From the NCBI GenBank assembly GCA_002362155.1, contig DETN01000131.1, positions 641 through 64,640 of the forward strand: a DNA stretch of 64,000 nt. Direction: 5' to 3'. Both the position numbers and the translations under genes were made by a program. The DNA is from Lachnospiraceae bacterium UBA3287. GTDB taxonomy: Bacteria > Bacillota > Clostridia > Lachnospirales > Lachnospiraceae. This document shows positions 38,141-48,495 of this stretch, one piece after another (within the stretch, counting starts at the first letter, position 1; each line of letters opens with the position of its first letter). Below the pieces are notes generated by a model that was not told the origin of the DNA, made no database searches, and worked only from the letters and a program-made list of their open reading frames with translations.

Positions 38141-39109
38141 TTACCGCATATGGGCAGGGCTCTTCAGAAGTTCCTCGCGGACCGCGTTCACCTGGCGGAT
38201 ATGGCTTTCCACCGTGGTGCAGCAGCCGCCTGCAGCCAAGGCTCCTGCCAGGTAATAATCCCTGGCGCAGTCTCCGAAGGGGCGCTGGCCCTCTTTACCG
38301 TGCCAGGTCTTGGTCACGGGGTCGTAGGTCTCTCCCGAGTTGGGATAGACGGCTATGGGAAGATCCGTTCCGGATCTGATCTCCCGGATCAGGCTCTCTA
38401 TGAACATGGGGGCCGTGCAGTTGACGCCGATCATAACAAGACCGGGATGGTCCTGGGACAGGACCTTTGCGCAGTCCCGGATCCTGTCGCCTTCACAGAT
38501 ATGCTTTCCGTCCTTACAGGAAAAGCTGATCCAGTAGGGGGCTCCCAGCTCCTCCGCAATCTTCGCACAGACCAGGGCTTCCCTGAGGGAGGGCTGGGTC
38601 TCGATGAGAAGAAGATCCGCTCCCTCTTCCCAAAGCAGTTCCATCCTGCGTCTGTGGAAGGTGTCCAGGTCTTCATCGGAAATGTCATAACCGCCCCTGT
38701 ATTCGGATCCGTCCGCCAGATAGGCCCCGTAAGGGCCGATGGCGCCGCCGCAGAGGGGGTAGGGCCGGCCGCTCTCTTTTCCCTCCTGCTGCCACCACTC
38801 CTCTCTGGCCTCCCGGAACATGCGGACCGACCGGCGGATGATCTCCTCCGCCTCTTCCTCTGTATAGCCGTTTTCCGTAAGGCCGGGAATGGTGGCCTGG
38901 TAGGAGGCCGTGATGTGGAGGTCGGCCCCGGCTCTCAGGTACTGGAGATGGACTTCCTTTACCAGTTCCGGTCTTTCCGCCAGGACTCTGGCTGTCCAGA
39001 GCCTGTCGTTCAGCCTGCAGCCCAGTCCCTCCAGTGCCGTGGACATGGATCCGTCCACCACCAGGAGCCTTTTTTTGTCAAACAGGTCTTTCAGATTCGT
39101 TCTTTCCAT
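38141..39109 (-). CDS. mmuM: Homocysteine S-methyltransferase
   Basis: DGSMSTALE, TASYQA, GPYGAYLADGSEYRG, GVNC, YPNSGE, GGCC. Confidence 0.95.
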   Translation of the reverse strand: MERTNLKDLFDKKRLLVVDGSMSTALEGLGCRLNDRLWTARVLAERPELVKEVHLQYLRAGADLHITASYQATIPGLTENGYTEEEAEEIIRRSVRMFREAREEWWQQEGKESGRPYPLCGGAIGPYGAYLADGSEYRGGYDISDEDLDTFHRRRMELLWEEGADLLLIETQPSLREALVCAKIAEELGAPYWISFSCKDGKHICEGDRIRDCAKVLSQDHPGLVMIGVNCTAPMFIESLIREIRSGTDLPIAVYPNSGETYDPVTKTWHGKEGQRPFGDCARDYYLAGALAAGGCCTTVESHIRQVNAVREELLKSPAHMR

Positions 39110-39114
39110 CTGTA

Positions 39115-40548
39115 TTATCCTTTCTCCGCCTTCTCATCGACGGTTCCGTAGCTTACGTCCGGAGGATTTTCTCCTCTTTCCTTAGCCGGAATGAATCTGT
39201 CCCAGAAATCATGGAAGAGCCGCATGATCTCCTTCTGCTGGGTATAGATAAAGGTCATGGTGATCAGGATATAGACGGCGGACAGGATATCCGTCATGGC
39301 CCAGAGGGACGCCGCCTCAATGTTGTAGAAAAGGACGCAGGGCAGCATGTAGTAGATCATGTAGACTCTGGTGGCGATCCTGTTCTTCTCAGTATCCCCG
39401 AAGGCATAGTTGATGGACTTCTCGCAGGAGTAGTACATGCCGATGATGGTGGTCCAGGCAAAGACCGCGATGGCCGCCGACATGAAGTATCCTCCGAAGC
39501 TGCCGTAGGAGACCTTGAAGGCCACGGTGGTGAGCTGGGCAGAATCCACGCCGGGATAGTCCACATATACATTGGTCAGGATCAGAGACAGGGCCGTCAC
39601 GGAGCAGACCACGATGGTATCCAGAAAGACCTCTCCCCAGCCCCAGGAGGACTGGCGGACCGGATGGTCTGTCTTTGCAGACGCATGGGCAATGATGCCG
39701 TAGCCTGTGCCCGCGTCGTTGGAGTAGAGGCCTCTGGCCACGCCGTAGCGGACGGCGTCCCTGACCGTAGCGCCGGCGAAGCCGCCGATCCCGGCCATGG
39801 GCGTAAAGGCCGATTTAAAGATCAGACCGAAGGCGGCAGGGACCATGGGCAGGTGGGTCACAAGAATGCCCAGGCCGCCCAGGATATAGACCATGGCCAT
39901 GAGAGGGACCACCTTTTCCATGACCGAGGAGATGCGCTTAAGGCCGCCCCAGATGGTCAGAAAGCAGGTGACGCCCAGGACCGTGACAGAAACGATGGGG
40001 GCAATGCCGAAGCCCTCCTGCAGAGAACTGGTCACGGACTCGGTCTGGACGCAGCAGGTCCAGGGGCCCAGGACAAAACAGGCAGCGGCCAGGACCATGG
40101 CTCCGCCCTTCCAGCCCAGGGCGTTCTTCATGACGAAGGACCGGTCGCACATGTATTCATCCACGGATTCGCTGTACTTGACACGGAATCTCTGGCCCAG
40201 GATGATCTCGCAGGCCTTGGTGGACATGCCCAGAAGGCCCGATACCCACATCCAGAAGACCGCGCCGGGGCCGCCGGCCACGATGGCCGTGGCGACGCCG
40301 CCTATATTGCCGACGCCGATGGTGTTGGCCATGGCCGTGCAGGCTGCGGCAAAGCCGGAGACCGTTCCTGTCCCCTCGCCTTTGGAAAACATCTTTCCGA
40401 AGGTGTTTTTGAAATGAAAGACGATGTTTCGGAAGTTGTAGCGGAAGCCGAAGCGGATGGACAGGTAGAGACCGGTGCCCACCAGAAGGACCGTCATCCA
40501 GGTGCCCCACATAAAGTCGGAGACCGCCGTGAGAAAGTTCAGAATCAT
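39115..40548 (-). CDS. Alanine/glycine:cation symporter (AGCS) family transporter
   Basis: IGVGNIGGVATAI..GGPGAVFWMW, GVARGLYSNDAG.G, VFLDTIVVC, FAWTTI. Confidence 0.92.
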   Translation of the reverse strand: MILNFLTAVSDFMWGTWMTVLLVGTGLYLSIRFGFRYNFRNIVFHFKNTFGKMFSKGEGTGTVSGFAAACTAMANTIGVGNIGGVATAIVAGGPGAVFWMWVSGLLGMSTKACEIILGQRFRVKYSESVDEYMCDRSFVMKNALGWKGGAMVLAAACFVLGPWTCCVQTESVTSSLQEGFGIAPIVSVTVLGVTCFLTIWGGLKRISSVMEKVVPLMAMVYILGGLGILVTHLPMVPAAFGLIFKSAFTPMAGIGGFAGATVRDAVRYGVARGLYSNDAGTGYGIIAHASAKTDHPVRQSSWGWGEVFLDTIVVCSVTALSLILTNVYVDYPGVDSAQLTTVAFKVSYGSFGGYFMSAAIAVFAWTTIIGMYYSCEKSINYAFGDTEKNRIATRVYMIYYMLPCVLFYNIEAASLWAMTDILSAVYILITMTFIYTQQKEIMRLFHDFWDRFIPAKERGENPPDVSYGTVDEKAEKG

Positions 40549-40780
40549 AAATAATACCTCTCCCCTTTTTTGAATTCGAGAAACTCTCTGTCAACAATAT
40601 AAGGGCGGCGGGCAGGTATTTGCAATCGTTTTTAAGAAAGGGAGATCAGCGCTGTCAGAGACATCCCGTGCAGCATCTTCTAAATACCGGAGCATAAAAA
40701 AAGCACCCGGGGAAGGACAGAGCATATCGCCTGTCTGTCCTCCCTGCCGGGTGCAGTATGATGTTTTCTTACCGGATGCT

Positions 40781-41338
40781 TCAGGGCCGGATCTTCAGGG
40801 GAGAGTCGCAGTACTGGCACTTATTGTTCCTTCCTCTGATCACCGTATTCCTGGCGCCGCAGCCGGGACATTCCACCACCAGAGTCTTCTCCATCTCCTC
40901 CCGGGCCTTCTCCTCTCTGGCAACAGAGATCAGGAAGACTTTCCCGGATCCGAAATCGGGCCTGATGCCGGTCATGAAATTCTTATCCAGCAGGATCTGC
41001 AGGATCCTTTCCATGTTTCCCCGGATCCCCGCTTCCTTCTGAAGGGCCGCAAGGCTGATGCTGGTCCCGGAGGTGCGCTCAAGGACGCCGGCGATCCGCC
41101 CGGCATACCGGACGCGGATCCTTCTGATCAGGATCCTGAAAAAGGGAAAGGCAAAAATGAACATGACAAGGGCGTCCGCAATGATATCCGTACTTGTGAT
41201 CCCGGTGCTCAGGTCATCCGCAACAATGCTGATCCCCGCAGCGATAAAGATCCCCAGCACTGCCAGAACCGGAATCTCCCATATGCGGTTTTTTGCCTTC
41301 CTTGTCAGAAACTCTTCCATCCGTGTCATTCCTTTCAT
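40781..41338 (-). CDS. Hypothetical membrane protein with C-terminal zinc ribbon
   Basis: Two TM segments; VECPGCGA...CQYCDS; start uncertain. Confidence 0.7.
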   Translation of the reverse strand: MKGMTRMEEFLTRKAKNRIWEIPVLAVLGIFIAAGISIVADDLSTGITSTDIIADALVMFIFAFPFFRILIRRIRVRYAGRIAGVLERTSGTSISLAALQKEAGIRGNMERILQILLDKNFMTGIRPDFGSGKVFLISVAREEKAREEMEKTLVVECPGCGARNTVIRGRNNKCQYCDSPLKIRP

Positions 41339-41404
41339 GCCGGGAGCCTGCGGCCTTCCTTACGCCTGCCCCGATTATAACACATCCGGAGGCGGGCTCA
41401 AGCA

Positions 41405-42733
41405 TTAACCTGCCTGGTTGACCACGCCTGTGAACAGGGGAACGCCTTCCACAGAGCGGACTGCAAATACAAAGGGCCTGTCCAGGGTAAAATCGGCTTC
41501 CTCTTCTATCAGGGCCGCGCCTGCTGCCATCATGGCCGTAAACGCCGCGGCTTCTATGCCCTCTTCATCGATCTTTACTCTGGCGCTGTGGACGGCCTGG
41601 TCGATGCAGATCCCGGAAGCGTCCGTCAGAGGAGAAAAGTCCGATGTCTGCGCATCAAAGGCCTTCTCGATGCCCAGAGCCTTAAGGCCCGGGACCAGGT
41701 TCAGGGAAGTGGTCAGATCAAATTTCGGAATGGACGCATGGATCATGGCGCTCTTGGTATTTTCCCATTCCCAGGGCTCTTCCATGGTCAGAAGACGTCC
41801 CAGCTCCTCATCCTCTAACAGGGCTTGGGGGCTGACTCCCTCTGCCGGCAGGATAAAGAGCATGGAGCCTGCTCCGACCAGATATTTTTCATAGACAGTA
41901 AAGTTCTCTCCCAGGTAAAGGGTGCCGATGCCGTCCTGGTGCATGAAGTCGGCCTGAATGTCACCGCCCGCTCCGTGAAAGGTATCCGGAGCCGTAAAGG
42001 CTTCTTCAAAGGGATCCGACCATCCGGCCTTGAGCCATATGGTGGACGCCAGGGCCGCTATGGTGTCGGGATCAAAAGTAAGGGACTGTGCCTGATCCTT
42101 CAGAAGGTCTCCCGTCATCTCGTTCAGCCAGTCGTGAAAGGCTTCGTTCATCTGCTCTGACCCCATCTCCCCTTCAAAAACAGAGGCGTGGAGCTTTTCC
42201 TCCATCCGGTCCGCCGTCTCCTTTCTGCAGGTGCCGGCGTTGTCGATCCAGAGGGAATTGCCCAGAAGGCACTTTGCTCTCTCGCTGTCCTGACTGAGCC
42301 CCTCCCAGAGAGCGGCCGTCCTGTCTTCCACGTCCTCCAGCGACTTTGTATGGATGGCGTCCAGGATCTGCTGCCGGGTCTCCGTGTCCGTGACCCCGGC
42401 CAGAAGTCCCAGAGCCAGATAGACATTAACGGGTGAGTAGATATGGTTTTTCCCGTCCTCTGCGCCCAGAAAGACCGGGGCGGAATCCAGGTAAAAGGCC
42501 CGAAGTTCCGCAAGTTTTTCCTGCTTCAGTTCGTACATGCCGTTTTCCTCTTCTTCTCCGACGGTCTCCTCCTCAGTCTCTTCTTCGGGAAGGTCTTCCC
42601 CGGGATCTTCTCTTTCTTCCAGGGGAACGACGTCCTCTCCGGGAGAGAGGGGCGCTGCCCCGCCGCAGCCGGTCATAAGGGCCGCTGCAAGAAGCACTGC
42701 TGTCAGTTTCTTATATAAATATCTGTTTTTCAT
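41405..42733 (-). CDS. Serpin-family lipoprotein
   Basis: Lipobox MTGC; N.IYSP, NSLW, W..PF, IPKF, hinge IDEEGIEAAAFT, F.LDRPF, PLF.G.V. Confidence 0.92.
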   Translation of the reverse strand: MKNRYLYKKLTAVLLAAALMTGCGGAAPLSPGEDVVPLEEREDPGEDLPEEETEEETVGEEEENGMYELKQEKLAELRAFYLDSAPVFLGAEDGKNHIYSPVNVYLALGLLAGVTDTETRQQILDAIHTKSLEDVEDRTAALWEGLSQDSERAKCLLGNSLWIDNAGTCRKETADRMEEKLHASVFEGEMGSEQMNEAFHDWLNEMTGDLLKDQAQSLTFDPDTIAALASTIWLKAGWSDPFEEAFTAPDTFHGAGGDIQADFMHQDGIGTLYLGENFTVYEKYLVGAGSMLFILPAEGVSPQALLEDEELGRLLTMEEPWEWENTKSAMIHASIPKFDLTTSLNLVPGLKALGIEKAFDAQTSDFSPLTDASGICIDQAVHSARVKIDEEGIEAAAFTAMMAAGAALIEEEADFTLDRPFVFAVRSVEGVPLFTGVVNQAG

Positions 42734-43131
42734 CCGGTCTGCCTCCTTCATCAGCAAAAACAGTTTCTACGCTTCTACAGATACAGTATACTGCAGGAGC
42801 CGTTCTGTTGCCTGCTGAAGGCAAAAAATTCAGTTTACCCCTGCAGGCCTGCTGCGGCTCAGGGGACAGACTTTTGTTCGTTTTCTGATATTACCAGGCC
42901 TTTTTCAGGACATTTCCTTTCAGGTAGAGGTTTCCTCTGACTTCCTTTTTCACCGCTTCCGGTTCTCCCCGCCCGGCCGGATATGCCGGATTCTGCCGGG
43001 AACATTCCAAATGCCCGCACGCCTCCCTGGTATCGTATATATTTCTTCGGACAGACAAAAAAGTCTGACTGCAAGCTTATATTTACAGTCAGGCTTTCTG
43101 TTTGTCTTTATGTGATCCCGCTTTCCTGTGG

Positions 43132-44094
43132 TCATGCCAGAACGGAATCTGCGATCCTGATAGCTTCCTGCATCTTGGCCGCACTCTTTTCCAGCAGATC
43201 GTATTCATGATGGGTCCATTTTTCTTCCAGGCGCTGCTCTACACCCGCCACGCCGATGATGGAAGGCAGGGAAATGGCCACTCCCGACAGGCCGTATTCG
43301 CCCTGCAGGGTGGATGTGACGGGAGCAATGGTCAGACGCTGGTTCAGCACCGCGTCCGCCAGGGAGCATACGCAGGTGGCGATCCCGTAGTGGGTCCTTC
43401 CCTTGGCCCGGATGATCTCGGCGCCCATGTTCTTGACTCTTTCGTACAGTTCTTCCTTCTGCTCGTCGCCCCAGGCCAGCTTTACGTTCTGGCAGTACTC
43501 GTCCATGGGAACACCCGCAATGGCCAGTCTGCTCCATACAGGGAACTGGGTATCGCCGTGTTCTCCCACGATGTTGCACTTGACCGCCTCCACGTGGATC
43601 CTGGTATAGTTGGCGATCCCCCGCACCAGGCGGGAGGTATCCAGGACGCAGCCTGTGCCGAAGACTCTGCCGGCCGGCAGGTCCATCCAGCGGTCGCATA
43701 CATAGGTCATGATGTCCACGGGGTTGGAGACCACCATGATGGTCCCTCTGGTGTAGTACTCCAGGATCGAGTCCACAACACTCTTCATGATCAGGACGTT
43801 GTCCTGGATCAGCTCCAGTCTGGATTCTCCGGGCCTTCTGCTCCGTCCGGCGGTAATAATGATCAGGTCTGAGTCTCTGATATCCTCATAGCCGCCGCAG
43901 CGGACGGACGAAGATCCCATGTAGGGGATGCCGTGCTGGATGTCCAGGGCTTCTCCCACAGCCTTTGGTTCGTTCTTATCGATCAGGATGATCTCACGGG
44001 CCAGATTGCGGATGGTCAGGGCATAGGCAATGGATGAACCGACGTAGCCGGCGCCTATGATGACGACCTTTCTGTTTCCGATATGCATATTCAT
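43132..44094 (-). CDS. ldh: L-lactate dehydrogenase family
   Basis: GAGYVG, ITAG..R.PGESRL, SNPVD, G..LDTSR, GEHGD, KGRTHYGIA. Confidence 0.9.
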   Translation of the reverse strand: MNMHIGNRKVVIIGAGYVGSSIAYALTIRNLAREIILIDKNEPKAVGEALDIQHGIPYMGSSSVRCGGYEDIRDSDLIIITAGRSRRPGESRLELIQDNVLIMKSVVDSILEYYTRGTIMVVSNPVDIMTYVCDRWMDLPAGRVFGTGCVLDTSRLVRGIANYTRIHVEAVKCNIVGEHGDTQFPVWSRLAIAGVPMDEYCQNVKLAWGDEQKEELYERVKNMGAEIIRAKGRTHYGIATCVCSLADAVLNQRLTIAPVTSTLQGEYGLSGVAISLPSIIGVAGVEQRLEEKWTHHEYDLLEKSAAKMQEAIRIADSVLA

Positions 44095-44300
44095 GAAATG
44101 AAGTAATCCTCCTTCAAAGTATATAGTTTAAAAAAGGAACTCACTGCCGGAGGCAGTGAAGTCCCTTTTCATTCTGATCAGCCGTTTTACAGCATTCTTC
44201 ACATGCGTTTTATTATACACTGAAGATATCAAAAAAGATATATAAAGATGAAGGCCTTTTTCGGCACAGGTATTGTCTTTTTCAACGAAGGCAGTGTTTT

Positions 44301-45233
44301 TTACCTGAAGCCGAATTTAGCAGCTGCTCTGTCATAGGCCGGAACCGGAATATAATATTTCCTGCCCAGGCGGCAGACTTCGAAGATCTGACCGTCGATC
44401 TCCGACCGTCCTCCCAGCCTGACATCCTTCTGCAGAGAGGTGGTAAAGGAGGGATCCAGAGAATCCAGGATCCTCAGGTTGGTCTCCACCAGATCCGTAT
44501 CGAAGGTGATGTGCATGGCTCTGGCGATCTCCTCGATCTCCCGGACGCATTCGATATACATCTGCCGGGGCTCTCCCTCCTTCTGCAGGGCCTGGGCCGT
44601 GCAGTCATAGTAAAGCCCCACCGCGCTGTTGGGAGAGACCATGGAGAACTTCTGCAGGGTATCCCGGCGGATGTTGTCGGAATAGACCGCCGTGATGCCG
44701 GCATCCTCCAGATCCTGCCTGACCTTCTCCAAAAGGGGATTTCCCGTGCGGCCGTCCACTTCCCCGTAGAGAACGCGGAAAATATCGCTGACCATGCGGA
44801 TGACGCCGGGCTCCTCCACGGAGGCGGCGATATACATGCAGCCGTTCAGGACATGGAGGCCCGGGTTGTCCCGGGCGATCTTTTCCCCGGTCCCGTATAC
44901 GTTCTGGATGGGGATCACGATGGTGCCCTCTCCCGCAGATCTCTGCAGGACGTCATAGACCTCCTCCACCGAATAATACTTGGTGCAGAGAAAGATGATA
45001 TCGGGCTTGGGAGCGACGCCGGAAAGAAGCTCTTCGTATTCCTCCTCCGTCATGGCGGGAAGAAATACGGACCACTCCGATCCGCCCTTCCGGACCCGCA
45101 GGCCTTTTTCACGGATCGCCTGGCGTTTTTCTCCTCTGGCGATCAGGGTCACGTTCTTTCCTGCCCTTTTCATATATGCAGCGATGGCGCCGCCCGTTCC
45201 GCCTGCGCCAATGACCAGATATCTCAGTTCCAT
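44301..45233 (-). CDS. panE: Ketopantoate reductase family
   Basis: VIGAGGTGG, CTK.Y, IQN, SLQKD...G..SEIDG; start MELRY. Confidence 0.85.
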   Translation of the reverse strand: MELRYLVIGAGGTGGAIAAYMKRAGKNVTLIARGEKRQAIREKGLRVRKGGSEWSVFLPAMTEEEYEELLSGVAPKPDIIFLCTKYYSVEEVYDVLQRSAGEGTIVIPIQNVYGTGEKIARDNPGLHVLNGCMYIAASVEEPGVIRMVSDIFRVLYGEVDGRTGNPLLEKVRQDLEDAGITAVYSDNIRRDTLQKFSMVSPNSAVGLYYDCTAQALQKEGEPRQMYIECVREIEEIARAMHITFDTDLVETNLRILDSLDPSFTTSLQKDVRLGGRSEIDGQIFEVCRLGRKYYIPVPAYDRAAAKFGFR

Positions 45234-45378
45234 ATCCAGATACTCCTTCCTGCCGGTCCCTTCCCGGAATCTTTCCCCTATTATATCAGAAAAAGCCCGG
45301 GACGCCACCGTGTCCCGGGACAGACAGTTTAAGATGAGAGCAGAATCCTGTCCGCATCCCGGCAGAGGACCAGAAATA

Positions 45379-45891
45379 TCAGCTGTTCGAAGAAGAGCCC
45401 GAGGATACGGATACGGATGCCGCCTCCGAATCCATGACCGCATCAATGGCCAGGACCACGGAAAGGACCATGGCCTCGTCCTGCCCGTCTTCAATATCGA
45501 TCTCATAGGCGTCTCCCCAGGAGAGCCATACCTTATGGACGCTGACGATGGGCATGCCGTGATGGGTGATCTCATAATCATGCTCCAGGAAGGACCCGGA
45601 GACCTGCCAGTCCGGTCCCTCTATGACATAACTGGGACGGAAAAAGGTGAATTCCTTTCGGATCTCCGCCACCAGGATGCCGCCGTAAAAAACATGGAAC
45701 CTGGGCAGAAAAGTCAGAAGCTTCTGCTGGATATAGGCCACCTCTTCCTCTCTGGTATTATAGATATGAAGCTTCTTGCCCAGAGAGAGGAACTCTCCCT
45801 CCACGTAGTAGACATCTGTGTCGTATTCATCTCTGATGGTAAAACGGTCCTTCAGGGAAAAGACCTTCTGCTGCATATACAGTCTGCTCAT
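45379..45891 (-). CDS. LURP-one/scramblase (Tubby C-terminal-like) protein
   Basis: LYMQQKVFSLKDRFTI.D, WLSWGDAYEI, VLAID. Confidence 0.88.
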   Translation of the reverse strand: MSRLYMQQKVFSLKDRFTIRDEYDTDVYYVEGEFLSLGKKLHIYNTREEEVAYIQQKLLTFLPRFHVFYGGILVAEIRKEFTFFRPSYVIEGPDWQVSGSFLEHDYEITHHGMPIVSVHKVWLSWGDAYEIDIEDGQDEAMVLSVVLAIDAVMDSEAASVSVSSGSSSNS

Positions 45892-46015
45892 ATGATGACC
45901 TCCTGTTCTGACTGAAATAGCATCTTTCTTTTTCATACCACAGGCAGGGCGGAAAGGCCAGTATGCATTCTGTTAAAAAGGATATCTCCCATATGGGCCG
46001 CTTCCCTCCGCAGGA

Positions 46016-46261
46016 TCATCTCTCCCCGGCAAAGGCAAGGTCGGCGGATGCGGCAGAAGGCTCCTCTGTGTCCTCTGCCGGCTCCTCTTTTCCCTCCGCT
46101 TTCAGTACGCAGCAGATGCCCTGGTGCTCCCTGCAGTGGCTGCTTCCCAGGGCGGCCGCTCTGCGGCAGCCCACCATGCTGCATTTGCGTCCTCCGAAAG
46201 TACATCCCACCAGCCAGATCATGACCATAAACAGCAGTCCTGTCATCATTATCTTTTTCAT
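46016..46261 (-). CDS. Small Cys-rich lipoprotein
   Basis: GGAGG RBS, MKK signal, lipobox LVGC, CSMVGC-x10-CREH. Confidence 0.6.
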   Translation of the reverse strand: MKKIMMTGLLFMVMIWLVGCTFGGRKCSMVGCRRAAALGSSHCREHQGICCVLKAEGKEEPAEDTEEPSAASADLAFAGER

Positions 46262-46414
46262 CCCGACCTCCTTTTGTTTCTTTTCTATGGTCCAAGATTC
46301 TCACACAGATTATCCGTTTTTGCGGACAATGGAGAACAAGTTAACAACTTTCCTCTGTTCCCTCAGGCCGATGATGATATAATGACTGCAGTAATCGCAA
46401 AAAGGAGGTGCCAA

Positions 46415-47467
46415 ATGCCTGACCCCAATCTTTTTAACAAGCAACCCGGACCGGAGGATCCCGGCCCCGCCGCTCCCAGGAAAGCCTCTTCGGGCAAAGG
46501 CGGCGGCTTTATGAACAGGGTATCTTCCCTGCTGCTGCCTGTCTTTGTCGTCCTTCTGATCCTGGCCGCTGTGTCCAGCTCCTTCTACACCCTTTCCGAA
46601 ACGGAAAGCGCCGTAGTGACCACCCTGGGCCAGGCCACTGTCAACAACAATAAGGGCCTGCAGTTCAAGATCCCCTTCATCCAGCATGTGGAAAAGGTCA
46701 ATACCACGATCCGCAGCATGGAGATCGGATATATTGAATCCGGCGAAGGCTATTACCACAACGTGGAAAGCGAGTCCATCATGATCACCTCTGACATGAA
46801 CTTCGTGGACATCGACTTCTACGTGACCTATCAGGTGACGGATCCCCTTCAGTACATGTATGCCTCGGAAGATCCCGAGCTGATCCTGAAGAATCTGATC
46901 CAGTCCACCATCCGCGGTACGGTCAGCGCCTATACGGTAGACTCAGCCCTGACCACGGGCAAGTCCGAGATCCAGCAGAATATCAAGACCATCGTCATGG
47001 ATGAACTGGAGGACCAGAATATCGGTCTGTCCCTGATCGATATCTCCATTCAGGACGTGGAGCCCCCCACCGACCAGATCAAGGAAGCCTTCTCAGAGGT
47101 GGAGAACGCCAGACAGAGCAAGGAGTCCGCTCTGAACGAAGCCAACCAGTACCGCAACGAGCAGATCCCCGCGGCGGAGGCAAAGGCCGATAAGATCGTT
47201 CAGGAAGCGGAAGCCAGAAAGACTGCCCGCATCAACGAGGCCAACGGCCAGGTGGCCCGCTTCAACAGCGAGTACGCCGAATATACCAAGTATCCTCTGA
47301 TCACAAGACAGCGTATGTTCTATGAAGCCATGGAAGATATCCTGCCGGGCGTAAAGATCATTATCAACAACGACGAAGGAGGCAGCACCCAAAGGACCTA
47401 TCTGGGCGATCTGGACGGGAGCTTCTCCCAGGCCCAGGATGCCGCACAGAACGGAGGTGGTCAGTAG
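46415..47467 (+). CDS. hflK: FtsH modulator HflK (SPFH)
   Basis: TM, GLQFKIPF, MIT.D.N, IQDVEPP, AF..V..A, NEA..Y.N..IP.A; AGGAGG RBS. Confidence 0.92.
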   Translation: MPDPNLFNKQPGPEDPGPAAPRKASSGKGGGFMNRVSSLLLPVFVVLLILAAVSSSFYTLSETESAVVTTLGQATVNNNKGLQFKIPFIQHVEKVNTTIRSMEIGYIESGEGYYHNVESESIMITSDMNFVDIDFYVTYQVTDPLQYMYASEDPELILKNLIQSTIRGTVSAYTVDSALTTGKSEIQQNIKTIVMDELEDQNIGLSLIDISIQDVEPPTDQIKEAFSEVENARQSKESALNEANQYRNEQIPAAEAKADKIVQEAEARKTARINEANGQVARFNSEYAEYTKYPLITRQRMFYEAMEDILPGVKIIINNDEGGSTQRTYLGDLDGSFSQAQDAAQNGGGQ

Positions 47468-47469
47468 TA

Positions 47470-48480
47470 ATGAAGAAACATTCCGGAACGATCATCGTCA
47501 TCCTGCTGGCTCTGTTTGCCGTTATAAATCTGGCCTCGGTCATTACCTATCCCAATGAATACAAGGTCATCAAGACCATGGGAAAGATCTCCCGGGTCAC
47601 CACAGAGCCCGGCTTTTCCCTGCGGGTCCCTCTGATCCAGAGCGAGACCACCATTCCCAAGTCCAGACAGCTCTATGACATAGCTCCTACCGAGATCTAT
47701 ACCTCCGACAAGAAAAAGATGGAAGTAGACGCCTACATCATCTGGAGGGTCACAGATCCCGTTAAATTTACCCAGACCCTGAACTCCTCCACCACCAGCG
47801 CGGAAAGCAAGATCAGCGCCATGGTCTACGGCGCCCTCAAGGCCACCGTGTCCTCCACCTCCCAGGAAGAGCTGATCGCCTCCAGGGACGCTGCCCTGGA
47901 CAAGAACGTGGAAGAGGACGGCCTTTCCGATCTGGAGATCCAGGACATCACCTCCGAGGACCTGCAGGAGGAGACCGCCGAGACCGAGGACGGCATGAAG
48001 GTCATTGACCAGAATACCAGGGTCATCTCCCTTTCCAACAAGATCCTGGACCAGCTCAGCAGGGACTACGATCCCGAACAGTACGGCATCGAGATCCAGA
48101 TGGTCAAGATCAAAAAGCTGGATCTGCCCAACGAAAACAAAGATGCGGTCTACAACCGCATGATCACAGAGCGCAGGAACATTGCGGCGGCCTACAGAGC
48201 CCAGGGCGAATCCGAAGCCCAGAAGATCCGCAACACCACCGACAGGGAGACCGCGGTCATGCTCTCCGAAGCCCAGGCAAACGCCGACCGCCTCGAGGCC
48301 GAAGGCGAAGCAGAGTACATGAAGATCCTCTCCGACGCCTACAACGATCCCGACAAGGCAGAGTATTACCTCTTTGTCCGTCAGCTGGATGCGGCAAAGA
48401 AGAGCCTGGAAAACGGCAACACCACCCTATTCCTGGACAGCGACTCTCCTCTTGCAAGCCTCTTTGAAACAGAAAACTGA
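47470..48480 (+). CDS. hflC: FtsH modulator HflC (SPFH)
   Basis: T.DKK...VD....WR..DP, KLDLP, VYNRM..ER...A..YRAQG. Confidence 0.92.
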   Translation: MKKHSGTIIVILLALFAVINLASVITYPNEYKVIKTMGKISRVTTEPGFSLRVPLIQSETTIPKSRQLYDIAPTEIYTSDKKKMEVDAYIIWRVTDPVKFTQTLNSSTTSAESKISAMVYGALKATVSSTSQEELIASRDAALDKNVEEDGLSDLEIQDITSEDLQEETAETEDGMKVIDQNTRVISLSNKILDQLSRDYDPEQYGIEIQMVKIKKLDLPNENKDAVYNRMITERRNIAAAYRAQGESEAQKIRNTTDRETAVMLSEAQANADRLEAEGEAEYMKILSDAYNDPDKAEYYLFVRQLDAAKKSLENGNTTLFLDSDSPLASLFETEN

Positions 48481-48495
48481 TTTGCGAGGTCCTGA

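Noticed and set aside
42859-43074. Small ORF between the serpin gene and ldh
   Set aside because: No motif, weak start, and it overlaps the ldh terminator region
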